A stretch of DNA of 64,000 nucleotides, taken from NCBI GenBank assembly GCA_965248435.1, contig OZ252100.1, forward strand, positions 1,440,001 through 1,504,000, given 5' to 3'. This document shows, in pieces, positions 1 through 8,627 of this stretch. Position numbers and translations under genes: made by a program. Under the pieces are notes generated by a model. That model was not told the origin of the DNA. It searched no databases and worked only from the letters and a program-made list of their open reading frames with translations. How positions within the stretch are numbered: the stretch's first letter is position 1; each line of letters starts with the position of its first letter. The stretch is from Candidatus Latescibacterota bacterium. GTDB taxonomy: Bacteria > Latescibacterota > UBA2968 > GCA-2709665.

Positions 1-302
1 CTCTCGTACAGCAATACGCCATCTACTTCCGACATGAGCAGATACTCACGGTCGTCATCAGAAACGAAATGCATAACCCGGGGAACGGCAAGCTTACCAT
101 CGAGCCATCGTAGGACATACTTCTCTCGTCCGACTCCGTACGTCGTGTTCTCATACCGCTTGTCGCTCACCTTCAAGAACAAGACATCCTTGTCTCTGGA
201 GAGCCTATACACATCGCAGGGTGACATACTACCCACTTGCGATGAAAGCGAATAGTCAGAAACGATCGCTTGGAGACTGTCAGGTAGTGAGTGTAGTTCC
301 AT
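1..302 (-). CDS. APH(3')-III-like aminoglycoside phosphotransferase, N-terminal part (runs off window start); gene cassette
   Basis: Manual translation from ATG at 302 gives MELHSLPDSLQAIVSDYSLSSQVGSMSPCDVYRLSRDKDVLFLKVSDKRYENTTYGVGREKYVLRWLDGKLAVPRVMHFVSDDDREYLLMSEVDGVLLYE. This is colinear with recalled APH(3')-IIIa motifs (GMSPAKVYKL, LYLKMTDSRYKGTTYDVERE, WLEGKLPVPKVLHF, LLMSEADGV). It begins just after attC R'. Confidence 0.85.
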   Translation of the reverse strand, partial: MELHSLPDSLQAIVSDYSLSSQVGSMSPCDVYRLSRDKDVLFLKVSDKRYENTTYGVGREKYVLRWLDGKLAVPRVMHFVSDDDREYLLMSEVDGVLLYE

Positions 303-332
303 TCGTCAAATGGTTTCCGCCGGAGGGGTTTC

Positions 333-474
333 GCCCAACGGTCTCGCGGGCTGCGAACCTGCCGAGCGGGCGCGGCGGTTGCAAACCGGGCTTCTCATCA
401 GCAAGCGCCGTGACCGCGAAAGGCAGGTTGGGCGAAGTGGCGTATGCCACGAGCCGCAGCCGGTCGTGTTATAA
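333..474 (-). repeat. attC site 1 (142 bp)
   Basis: Minus strand reads R'' TTATAAC (474-468) ... R' GTTGGGC (339-333). Internal stems aacctgcc/ggcaggtt and gggctgcg/cgcagcc are shared with the other copies. Confidence 0.9.
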
Positions 475-520
475 GCCGTGCCGCTCCCACATCGCTTGAA
501 GACGACACCATCGGGTGGCT

Positions 521-1534
521 TCAATTGAGGGTTTCGAGGTGGTTCTTGAGGGCTTGCAGATGGAGAATGATCCATTTTCGAGGGCCATCCCAGATCTGGC
601 TCTTTGCTTGTCCCTCTGCGTCCAAAGCACGTGGAACCCAGACCGTGGTAACTCGTAATCTCTGAATCGCTACCAAGGCCCTGCACTTTTTCACCTCTGG
701 CCAGAAGGCCTGCCACTTGATGTCGGATGATGTCTCGGAGTTGTAGGTGTCAAGATACTGTCTAGCGACCTGTTCGACAGGAATCTCGTAAGGTTCGCCG
801 TGGTCAATGATCAAGGCTATCAAATCCATGAACCGGGGTCCAATGGCGCCACCAGCGATGTCAAAGAAAAGTACTTCCCCGTCCGCGCAGCGCTGTCCTG
901 TATGAGGGCTGTAAGGTTCGCCGTGGTTGAACGACTGCGGGAGTTGATCTGCTTCCTCAAGCAACGAAGACACTCGTTGCTGACTCATTTGGAGAACAGG
1001 ACGCAACTCATACTCAGAAATGGCTTTCTGGAGAAGATCATCGTCGATCTGGAGAGCTCCCTCAACATCTAATAGATACTGATCGAGATTGGCCGACCAT
1101 TCTATCAATCTGAGAGGTGCACCGTCCGGCAGTGGCAGGGCAGCCAACTTGGCGGTGGAGTCAGCCCATTTCAGATGATAATCGGGTGGGATTGGCCAAT
1201 CGATGGAGATTGGAAGGTACTCCAAGATAAGCGTACAGTCACCATTGGGGTGGTCACGGTATCCAAACATGACTGCGACAGGAGCACTCAAGCGGTTCAG
1301 GAGAGTATATATCTCCGTTTCTCGTGAAAAATTCGCGGTTACCCTCTTGAGTATGACCCTGTGTTCTCCCGAGTTGTTAACTCGAAGATAAACCAGTGCC
1401 TTCTCCCCATTCCATCCACCAAGGTCCTCAGTTTCCTTCTCAACGAGGAGTTGGTCAATAGTGATGGAGCGGTCAAGATGCTCGGAAAGGATCTTCTGAA
1501 GGTCCGCTTCCGTCACACCGAGTACCGATTTCAT
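521..1534 (-). CDS. APH/choline-kinase-fold phosphotransferase; gene cassette
   Basis: 337 aa ORF with VILK, RE, HGEPYSPH (Brenner-like) and FFD motifs; lies between attC1 and attC2. Confidence 0.7.
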   Translation of the reverse strand: MKSVLGVTEADLQKILSEHLDRSITIDQLLVEKETEDLGGWNGEKALVYLRVNNSGEHRVILKRVTANFSRETEIYTLLNRLSAPVAVMFGYRDHPNGDCTLILEYLPISIDWPIPPDYHLKWADSTAKLAALPLPDGAPLRLIEWSANLDQYLLDVEGALQIDDDLLQKAISEYELRPVLQMSQQRVSSLLEEADQLPQSFNHGEPYSPHTGQRCADGEVLFFDIAGGAIGPRFMDLIALIIDHGEPYEIPVEQVARQYLDTYNSETSSDIKWQAFWPEVKKCRALVAIQRLRVTTVWVPRALDAEGQAKSQIWDGPRKWIILHLQALKNHLETLN

Positions 1535-1583
1535 GACTCCTCACCAGTCCTTACTAATACCCAATCGACAGGAGCGGCATGGC

Positions 1584-1735
1584 TTATAACGGTCTCGGCA
1601 CTCCCCAAACCTGCCGAGCGGGCGTGGCGGTTGCCTTAACAGTTTTTTATTGGCTAGCAGCAAGCACCGTGACTGCGAAAGGCAGGTTTCAGCGGAGGCG
1701 CGTATGCGCCGTAGCCGTGGGTGCTCGTGTTACAC
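1584..1735 (-). repeat. attC site 2 (152 bp)
   Basis: R'' GTGTAAC (1735-1729), R' GTTATAA (1590-1584); same internal aacctgcc...ggcaggtt stem. Confidence 0.88.
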
Positions 1736-1810
1736 GCAGGCGGCGCGCCCCCATCATGGGCAGGTATACAGGGGCTGAAATACAGTGCACACCATAAACA
1801 GGGGTGGCAG

Positions 1811-2491
1811 TTACGCACTGGGGCTCACGACCTGGCAGGAGCACCCAGGAGCAACGTACTCGCTGGCCCCCTCGCCAAATCGGACGACACCATCATAGCC
1901 AAGAGCGATGATCTCCGTACCGGCAACCACGATCGCGGACCGTTCTGAGATGGCGAGTACAGGATGCGAATGGTCCCCGACTAGCCGTGATATCATTGGG
2001 TCGTCTGAAGTCTTGTAGTGACACCATATCGTGAAGCCGTCGACGACCCCGAGGCCAGTCGTGTCCGCCAACCCTACGTCATTGGGATCTGCATGTTCGC
2101 AGCTTCTGATGTCGCATCCCATTATGATCGCACCGGCACTTCCGCCGAAGACTGGTCCGCCCGCTTCGATGAAGCGTCGCAAACCGGGCTCCATCTTCTT
2201 CGAGCGCAAGTTGGCAAGCATTGAGAAGGTGTTGCCCCCTCCGATATACACACCGCCAAAGTCCCCAAGAAGATCCGGATTTTAGTCTCCTGGGCCTGCC
2301 CACATCTGGATGGAGGTGACCCCGAAGGGGGAAATTGCCGCACAGATCCATCTGTAGGAATCCTCTGCCGGGAAGGCATCACCGGGCACGTATAGCAGAG
2401 GTTCCCTACCTGCGACCCAGGCCGCAAAGAGTTCGTGGTGGAGACGGGTTTCGTTCTCGTCTCCGCCTCCAGATAGCACGAGTCTCATCAT
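1811..2491 (-). pseudogene. Peptidase E / S51 family (class I glutamine amidotransferase-like) with in-frame TAA at 2284-2282; gene cassette
   Basis: MMRLVLSGGG...WAGPGD*NPDLLGDFGGVYIGGGNT...GGSAGA...WCHY. Both halves are in the same frame, separated only by TAA. Confidence 0.8.
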
Positions 2492-2590
2492 TGGGTCGAT
2501 CCCTTGTCTGTCGTCCAGTGACGGGCTTCGGCTTCTTGCTCTTGTGCACGACTTGCAGAGGTGGTGTGGCTGGGATCTTGCGCCGCTTGC

Positions 2591-2733
2591 GTGTAACGTT
2601 CTCGCGGGCTGCGAACCTGCCGAGCGGGCGCGGCGCTTGCAAACCAGGCTTTTCAAAGCAAGCGCCGTGACCGCGATAAGGCAGGTTGGGCGAAGGCGCG
2701 AACGCGCCGGAGCCGCAGCCCGGCGTGTTATAC
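2591..2733 (-). repeat. attC site 3 (143 bp)
   Basis: R'' GTATAAC (2733-2727), R' GTTACAC (2597-2591); highly similar to attC1. Confidence 0.9.
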
Positions 2734-2748
2734 GGCGTTGGCCAGGTT

Positions 2749-3309
2749 CTATGATTTTGTTCTTTGCTGTTGGTATTCGTCTCGCAGGATTCCGTAAACG
2801 TGGTAATCACCGAAGGCATCCCACTTCTTGTAATGTTGCTTCAAACACCCCTCGTAGCCCATACCGATCTTCTCTAGGACTCGCCCAGAGGCCGGATTGG
2901 TGTCCATGTGCCTCGCGTGAATCTTGTTCAACCCGAGTTCGTCAAAACCGTAGTGCAAAACAGCCTTCGCAGCTTCTGTGCAGTATCCGCTTCCCCAGTA
3001 TTCCTTGCCGATCCAGTATCCCATCTCCCCTCTGTCATGTGGTCGGCTGATTACAAGCCCGATCGCGCCAATGAGCAATCCATCTAACTTGAGGGTTACT
3101 GCGAAGATCACTTCATTTCCGGAATCGAAGGCCTTCCTATGGGTTGAGATCCACTTCTCCGCGTCTCCCGCTTCGTATGGATGTGGGATGTTGAGAGTGG
3201 TGGCTGCGATCTCCCGATCGCCCGCGAGTTTGTGGACTCTCGGCGCATCTTTCTCCACAAATGGACGAAGGAGAAGTCTGTCGGTTTCTAGGTTAGGTTG
3301 CTCTGCCAT
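2749..3309 (-). CDS. GNAT N-acetyltransferase, RimJ/RimL family; gene cassette
   Basis: LETDRLLLRPF, EMGYWIGKEYWGSGY, NPASGRVLEKIGM motifs. Confidence 0.92.
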   Translation of the reverse strand: MAEQPNLETDRLLLRPFVEKDAPRVHKLAGDREIAATTLNIPHPYEAGDAEKWISTHRKAFDSGNEVIFAVTLKLDGLLIGAIGLVISRPHDRGEMGYWIGKEYWGSGYCTEAAKAVLHYGFDELGLNKIHARHMDTNPASGRVLEKIGMGYEGCLKQHYKKWDAFGDYHVYGILRDEYQQQRTKS

Positions 3310-3343
3310 TGGTGGTTACTGGATTCATTCCCCGGCCAATGCC

Positions 3344-3432
3344 GTATAACGTTCTCGCGGGCTGCGAACCTGCCGAAGGCAGGTTAGGTCCGAGGCCCGA
3401 AAGGGCCTGAGCCGCGCACGGTCGTGTTATGA
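3344..3432 (-). repeat. attC site 4 (89 bp, short variant)
   Basis: R'' TCATAAC (3432-3426) overlaps the TAA of the upstream gene; R' GTTATAC (3350-3344); central variable stem reduced to aacctgccgaaggcaggtt. Confidence 0.9.
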
Positions 3433-4257
3433 GCCGTGCCGCTCAATTACTGTGATGAGATCATACTCTTCGTGTAATCTGTATCCAAGCTTTAGAGCAA
3501 GACCGTCTGATCGTGGATTTTCGGTGGTTCCCCAATGAGGCTCCTTGTCACTCCTTATGCATTCTGACAGAAGGGCAGCTGAGGCGACAGTTGCAAGACC
3601 TAATTTCTGAAAGCCGTCATCTGTTCCCACTCCCACCTCAATCGAGGATTCACTCACTCCGAAGGAAGTGGCTTCCGCAACTCGTTCACCGTCCTTGAGA
3701 ATCCAAAAACTGATTCCGCCTCGTTCAAAGAATCGTCTCAGCCTGACAAAGGCCAGAACCTTTCTTTCCACATCGATCCCTCTTTCCCTTGCCATTTCCT
3801 CATCGAACCGACGGAGCTCAAATCCAGGCCGCAGCCGACCTCTGAGGTCCGAGAGATGGGTGAGGTCCAGGAACTTTGCAGAGTAAATCTTCCTTCTCCG
3901 TGTCAGGACTCTCTTTTCAATAGCCGAAAGTATAGCCGTGTTCCACTCCTCATTCTCTGGTGTCAAGAGTTCTCCGGTGAACTCGGTACTCCACTGGGGG
4001 TAAGAATTGGCAACAGAAATCCTCGAACAGATTTCCCCAAGACTCGTCAAAGATGGATCCCCGCCAATCAGAACGTCTGAACCCACCCTCAACTTAGCGA
4101 TCCGAGGATTCACAGCATCATCCACGGAAACCTCGACAAAGTCCTTAAATCCGTCGAAATAACCTTCGAAAGTTGCGTCAATATAGGGACGAAGCCTTCT
4201 GTGGCCATCGAACAGGCTGCTACATTGGAACCAGTCTTCAGGTTTCAGTTTGACCAC
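3427..4257 (-). CDS. GNAT acetyltransferase (two-domain); gene cassette
   Basis: C-terminal IEVGVGTDDGFQKLGLA ... NPRSDGLALKLGY; stop codon lies inside attC4 R''. Confidence 0.8.
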   Translation of the reverse strand: MVKLKPEDWFQCSSLFDGHRRLRPYIDATFEGYFDGFKDFVEVSVDDAVNPRIAKLRVGSDVLIGGDPSLTSLGEICSRISVANSYPQWSTEFTGELLTPENEEWNTAILSAIEKRVLTRRRKIYSAKFLDLTHLSDLRGRLRPGFELRRFDEEMARERGIDVERKVLAFVRLRRFFERGGISFWILKDGERVAEATSFGVSESSIEVGVGTDDGFQKLGLATVASAALLSECIRSDKEPHWGTTENPRSDGLALKLGYRLHEEYDLITVIERHGS

Positions 4258-4299
4258 AACAAGCTCCTCTCTTCTGCGGCATGGCTCATTGTATCTTGA

Positions 4300-4495
4300 A
4301 AATATGATCTATTTGTAGATTATCTTGGTTCGAAGAAGACCTCTGGGGAGGCCGGATTGCGCATGAAGGCATTGACCTTGGACGTTAGATAGGCCCCCCG
4401 CCTTCTTGGCCCATGCCGAGGAGTATCCGAGACCCGAGAGTCTGTATCACAAGGCTGGTAGGCCAGGTGCAAGGTCGGGGGACCAGAGGTACAAA
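4300..4495 (+). ncRNA. Putative bridge RNA of the IS110 element (boundaries approximate)
   Basis: Guides appear in the IS621 order. LTG ATTGCGCAT 4356-4364 matches left target ATGGCTCAT at 7/9. RTG ACGTTAG 4382-4388 is the reverse complement of CTAACGT. LDG GAGTATC 4421-4427 equals the right end 5514-5520. RDG ACAAG 4449-4453 is the reverse complement of CTTGT. Confidence 0.8.
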
Positions 4496-4511
4496 TAAGG
4501 AGGGAGAGATC

Positions 4512-5504
4512 ATGAAGCAAGAGAATCTGTTGGGGGTAGATGTCTCAGCCCGGGAGCTGGTGGTCGCGATCCGTCGCTCAGGGAAAGCGTATCCACTGGC
4601 AAGATTTCCCAACACAGGCGAAGGGCACCGTCGATTGATCAAGTGGGCGACAAAGCGGGGAAAGCCGGCTCGAGTGGGAGTCGAGGCCACAGGCATCTAT
4701 AGTTTTGAGGTGGCGTTGGCGTTGTATCGGCATCCGAAGACTCAGGTGATGGTAATCAACCCCAGAGCGCTGAGGAATTTCTCTCAGGCTTTGATGAAAC
4801 GGGGGAAAACCGACCCGATCGATGCGGAAGTGGCATTGGAGTATGTGCAGCGGATGCCCTTCCAGACGTGGCAGGCACCCCGTGATGAAGTACTTGACCT
4901 GCAGGCGATTACACGCCGGATCGCGCAGATCAAAGTCGAGATCAACCGGGAAGGAAACCGGCTTCACGCTTCCACGCAACGCCCATCGGTCGCGTCTGCG
5001 GTCGCCTTGGACATCGAAGAGCATGTTGAACATCTCAAAGCGCGTGTGCAGCAGCTGAAAGCGCGGGCTCTGGAGCTCATTGAGGGGGAAGCCACTCTGC
5101 GCGAGAAGTTCGCGCGATTGACTTCCGTTCACGGGATCGCAGCAACCAGCGCGATGGGCATTCTGGCAGAGATTTCGATGTTGCCTGCCGACATGAAGCC
5201 TGCCCAATGGGTGGCCTACGCAGGCCTGGATCCACGACCCCACGAATCGGGAGACACGATTCAGAAGCGCCGAGTGATCTCCAAAGCGGGGAATAAGTAC
5301 TTACGAACCGCCTTATATATGCCAGCGCTGGTGGCCATTCAACAGCAGCCCAATGTGAAGGCGTTCTACGAAAAACTCATCAGTCGAGGCAAGAAGCCCA
5401 TGCAGGGGGTCATCGCGGTGATGCGAAAGCTGCTTCACTCCATCTGGGGTATTCTCCAACACAACCAGGACTTCGACGGAGAAAAGTTCTACAAAATGGC
5501 TTGA
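4512..5504 (+). CDS. IS110 family transposase / bridge recombinase (DEDD RuvC-like + Tnp_20 domains)
   Basis: GVDVS, VEATG, KTDPIDA, YAGLDPRPHESG, SKAGNKYLRTALYMPA. Start chosen at ATG 4512 behind an AGGAGGGAG RBS. Confidence 0.95.
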   Translation: MKQENLLGVDVSARELVVAIRRSGKAYPLARFPNTGEGHRRLIKWATKRGKPARVGVEATGIYSFEVALALYRHPKTQVMVINPRALRNFSQALMKRGKTDPIDAEVALEYVQRMPFQTWQAPRDEVLDLQAITRRIAQIKVEINREGNRLHASTQRPSVASAVALDIEEHVEHLKARVQQLKARALELIEGEATLREKFARLTSVHGIAATSAMGILAEISMLPADMKPAQWVAYAGLDPRPHESGDTIQKRRVISKAGNKYLRTALYMPALVAIQQQPNVKAFYEKLISRGKKPMQGVIAVMRKLLHSIWGILQHNQDFDGEKFYKMA

Positions 5505-5521
5505 CCACCAAGAGAGTATCT
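5501..5521 (+). promoter_or_regulatory. -35 half of a circle-junction promoter (pairs with -10 TATCTT at 4292-4297 after excision)
   Basis: TTGACC (5501-5506) + 15 nt of right end + TG (4290-4291) gives exactly 17 nt to TATCTT. Confidence 0.75.
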
Positions 5522-5616
5522 AACGTTCCCGCGGGCTGCGAACCTGCCCAAGCGCAGCGAAGGCAGGTTAGGTCGGAGGCCCGAAAGGGCCGGAGCCGCA
5601 GCCCGACGTGTTAAGT
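5518..5616 (-). repeat. attC site 5 (99 bp; R' now partly IS-derived)
   Basis: R'' ACTTAAC (5616-5610); R' GTTAGAT (5524-5518); body nearly identical to attC4. Confidence 0.88.
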
Positions 5617-5986
5617 GTCCGTGCCGGTGCCCGTATCGAGATACGCTCCAACATCGCGGTCAGACGGATGTCCAGCGTCCGCAGGTCCAGCCCTCCTACT
5701 GACCGATTTGACTCCCTGCAGTACGTGTGTTTCCTTCTCCGACAAGGGCACTATATTAGCGATGGCTATAGCACGACATTGTAGGAGAGACCCGAGCAGT
5801 TCGAGATCGATGACGATATGATGTCCAATCTCGGGCCTGACGGGACATCAATGCTTTGGATCGACCAAAGAGAGATATGTCGACACGAATCCATAGAACC
5901 GAGTGCCCAAGCCGGAAGCTACTTTACCAGCCATCCAGGCGCAAGAAATGGGCCTTGTAGTTCCTACACGTAGAGGAGACCAGAAG

Positions 5987-7033
5987 ATGGACGACGCGAT
6001 GCGTGACACGTTCGCACGACAAGGCTATGTCGTGGTGCCCGACGTTCTCAATCAACAGCAGCTGGACGAGCTCAATGAAGTCTACGATCAGCAGGTCCTC
6101 AGGGGGGAGGAGACGCTGTCCGCCCGCACCGATAACCAGACAAGCTTCTCCGTCCACGGGCGCGACATGCACGAGACGACGGACCGGCACGGCAACACCT
6201 ACGTGGGGAGAAGGCTCTGGAGCAAGACCTACAGGGACCTGATCGACAACGAGACCATGCTGCCCATCGTCGAAGAGATTCTGGGCGACCCGGCGTGGGG
6301 CCATGCCCCGGCACACATGCCGGAAGAGCTCCGCCCGTTGTTCCGGCTGGATCATGACAATGTGCACTACAAGACTGGCCGGAAACCGACAGACGGACCG
6401 GACAAGGGCGGGAGGCTCCACGGCGGCCCGGACCACTGGCATATCACGTGTGTGTATGAACTCAAGACGGTGGGACCGGGTGACGGGGGCTTCGGGTGTG
6501 TCGTCGGCACCCACAAGCCGGCCAATGAGCAGAAACTGCTGGACATCGACGGCGACTGGCGGTCGAACTGGTGCGACACGGAGTGGACGTCGCAGCTGCC
6601 GAACTGGGATCAGGATGTGCCGGTGCATCGCGTCGAGGCCAAGGCCGGGGACTGCATTCTATTCACGGAGAAGCTCAAACACGGCACGATTCCGTGGTCG
6701 GGGAGCGGCGAGCGGCGCACGCTCTTCTACAAGTACGTTCCTTTCGGCATGCACCACGGCGACGCCGCGTACGACACGAATGATCCCGAACTCACCGAGC
6801 GGCAGAAACGCATCCTGGAGTTCTCGCCGTGCTGGTTCAACGAGCCGAGGGAGGACAAAGACTACGCCGCGAACCCGGCGCTCACGGAGCTCCATCCGCT
6901 GGCGCGTGTGGAGAGCGACCCGAGCGTGTTGCTGCCGGGCATGTCGCCGCCGCGCATCCGACTGACGGATGAGACCAGGGCGAGGCTGCTGAGCGCCGGT
7001 GGAGTTGGAGCGAGTGCACACGCGAAGTTGTAG
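5987..7033 (+). CDS. Phytanoyl-CoA dioxygenase (PhyH)-family 2OG-Fe(II) oxygenase; cassette gene inverted relative to the array
   Basis: FARQGYVVVPDVL, LHGG, GTHK, AKAGDCILFTEKLKHGTIPW, RRTLFYKY. RBS AGAGGAG precedes ATG 5987 (the ORF track starts at 5903). Confidence 0.85.
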   Translation: MDDAMRDTFARQGYVVVPDVLNQQQLDELNEVYDQQVLRGEETLSARTDNQTSFSVHGRDMHETTDRHGNTYVGRRLWSKTYRDLIDNETMLPIVEEILGDPAWGHAPAHMPEELRPLFRLDHDNVHYKTGRKPTDGPDKGGRLHGGPDHWHITCVYELKTVGPGDGGFGCVVGTHKPANEQKLLDIDGDWRSNWCDTEWTSQLPNWDQDVPVHRVEAKAGDCILFTEKLKHGTIPWSGSGERRTLFYKYVPFGMHHGDAAYDTNDPELTERQKRILEFSPCWFNEPREDKDYAANPALTELHPLARVESDPSVLLPGMSPPRIRLTDETRARLLSAGGVGASAHAKL

Positions 7034-7150
7034 TGTTTGATACCTGTCGGCACTTGCTGCGACTGGATCACGGTACCGGCGCCCTGGGCGGATGCGAGAC
7101 AACGCGCCTATCCTGGAGAACCACGCATCGTGTCTAGGCACCGGCATTAC

Positions 7151-7225
7151 ACTTAACGATTAAGCGTGTATCCGGAGTCGGAGAAGCGTGGATGGGAGCG
7201 GGATTCCGGATACACGGTGTTGAAC
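7151..7225 (-). repeat. attC-like site 6 (75 bp; different family, belongs to the Int/IS91 cassette)
   Basis: R'' GTTCAAC (7225-7219) and R' GTTAAGT (7157-7151) are both perfect consensus; 15 bp stem 7165-7179 / 7202-7216 (14/15). Confidence 0.8.
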
Positions 7226-7430
7226 GAAGCCGCTTCACCTGCCTATGGGGATTGGATGAGTGATTCTTGTGTAAGGACCGCTGGGCTGGCCCAGTCATCG
7301 GACCGTATTTGAAGCTGTTTGGAGGGGCCGATGTCGCAGGATCCCATAGTCGCTCTACCAAGCTCAAAGAGTGGACAGACTACTGCCGTGTTGGGTGGTT
7401 GGGCTTGCGGGCAAGGGATGGTGTAGGAGC

Positions 7431-8615
7431 TCAAGCTACGGCAACATGTGCCGGAGGCGCTCGCAGAGGCGCGAGGGTTCCGACTGTGAGCATAGGGCCT
7501 CCGCACTGCGCACAGACCTGAAGATCGATGCCTGTTACCCGGAGCAGAAGGTCCTGCCAGGTCGCCTTTGTGGCTGCGGAAGCCGTCGTGCATACAGTGC
7601 CCAGGAGCCTACGGCATCGTGCGAGCTTTTTCCGGCGACCCCGATTGCTGAGCAGTCCGTAGTGCCGGATCTTCACGAAGCCATCCGGCAGGATGTGAAG
7701 CAGGAACCGCCGGATGAACTCGTAGGCATCGACGGTCATCAGCTTCCGTCGGTTGCCGTCCTGGCGGTCCCGGTAGTGGAATGAGACCCGGTCGCCCTCA
7801 CAGGCGACCAGCCGGTGGTTGGAGATGGCGATCCGGTGTGTGTATCGTCCCAGATAGGCCACGACGCGTTCTGGATCCGCAAAAGTCGGCTTGACGTAAA
7901 CGGTCCATTCTCTCTGGTAAAGACCCCGAAGCAGATCGAAGAACGCATCTTCCAGTGGAGCACTCAATCCCGGGAACGCCAGAAGGCCTTCCTGGTGCGC
8001 GTCCTTCAGGAACGCAAGGAACTTCCCCCGGAACAGTCGGGACAGAACTTTTACGGGTAGAAAGAAGCCCCGTCGCGCCGCCTTCCATTCCTGACCGTCG
8101 TGGGTCAGCCCACCTCCAGTTACGATACAGTGCAGATGCGGGTGGTCGATGAGTGTCTGAGACCACGTATGAAGCACGGCGGTAAAGCCGATCTGCGCTC
8201 CAAGATACTTCCGTTCCCGCGCCAGCTCCAGAAGACTCTGCGATGCGGCTTTAAACACCAGGTTGTAGATCAGCTTCTGGTTCCGCAGAGCAAGCGGCCG
8301 CAGGGGCTCGGGCAACGTGAAGACGACGTGGAAGTATGGGATCGGAAGGAGATCCTCTTTACGAGCGTCGATCCATCGTTCGGTCGTCAGGAACTGGCAC
8401 TTCGTACAGTGCCGGTTGCGGCAGGAGTTGTAGGCGATCCGCTTCGCTCCGCAGTGTCCGCACACTTCCACGTGTCCGCCCAGCGCAGCTGTTCGGCAGA
8501 TCTGGATAGCCCGCATGGCCCGCTTCTGCCGAAGCGGCATGTGATCACCGTATTCTACTTGATAGCTGTCTCCGTGGGCCCGGAAGATGTCGGCGACTTC
8601 GAGAGCCTGTGACAT
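7431..8615 (-). CDS. IS91 family rolling-circle (HUH/Y2) transposase with N-terminal Zn-binding domain
   Basis: CRTAALGGH...CGHC...SCRNRHCTKC, HVVFTLP, HTW...HPHLH (HUH), YLGRYTHR (YxxxY), RHYGLL. Confidence 0.95.
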   Translation of the reverse strand: MSQALEVADIFRAHGDSYQVEYGDHMPLRQKRAMRAIQICRTAALGGHVEVCGHCGAKRIAYNSCRNRHCTKCQFLTTERWIDARKEDLLPIPYFHVVFTLPEPLRPLALRNQKLIYNLVFKAASQSLLELARERKYLGAQIGFTAVLHTWSQTLIDHPHLHCIVTGGGLTHDGQEWKAARRGFFLPVKVLSRLFRGKFLAFLKDAHQEGLLAFPGLSAPLEDAFFDLLRGLYQREWTVYVKPTFADPERVVAYLGRYTHRIAISNHRLVACEGDRVSFHYRDRQDGNRRKLMTVDAYEFIRRFLLHILPDGFVKIRHYGLLSNRGRRKKLARCRRLLGTVCTTASAATKATWQDLLLRVTGIDLQVCAQCGGPMLTVGTLAPLRAPPAHVAVA

Positions 8616-8627
8616 GGCCGACCTCCG

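Larger units (their letters stand above)
4290..5521 (+). mobile_element. IS110-family (IS621-like) insertion sequence inserted in the R' box of attC5
   Basis: Removing it rejoins ...catggctcAT + aacgttc..., restoring TCATAAC, which matches the R'' of the same cassette. Long left end (4290-4511), 17 bp right end, no terminal IRs. The rejoined ends read AGAGTAT-CT-TGTAT. Confidence 0.92.

Noticed and set aside
2282-2284. Stop-codon recoding (Sec/Pyl) in peptidase E
   Set aside because: The codon is TAA, which is not used for Sec or Pyl, and other genes here terminate at TAA.
4413-4511. N-terminal extension of the IS110 transposase in the ORF track
   Set aside because: It overlaps the predicted bridge RNA; a strong RBS and the family motif support ATG 4512.
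333-5616. Recurrent repeats as a CRISPR array or REP/BIME
   Set aside because: They are separated by whole genes, have AAC...GTT core boxes, and no cas genes are present.
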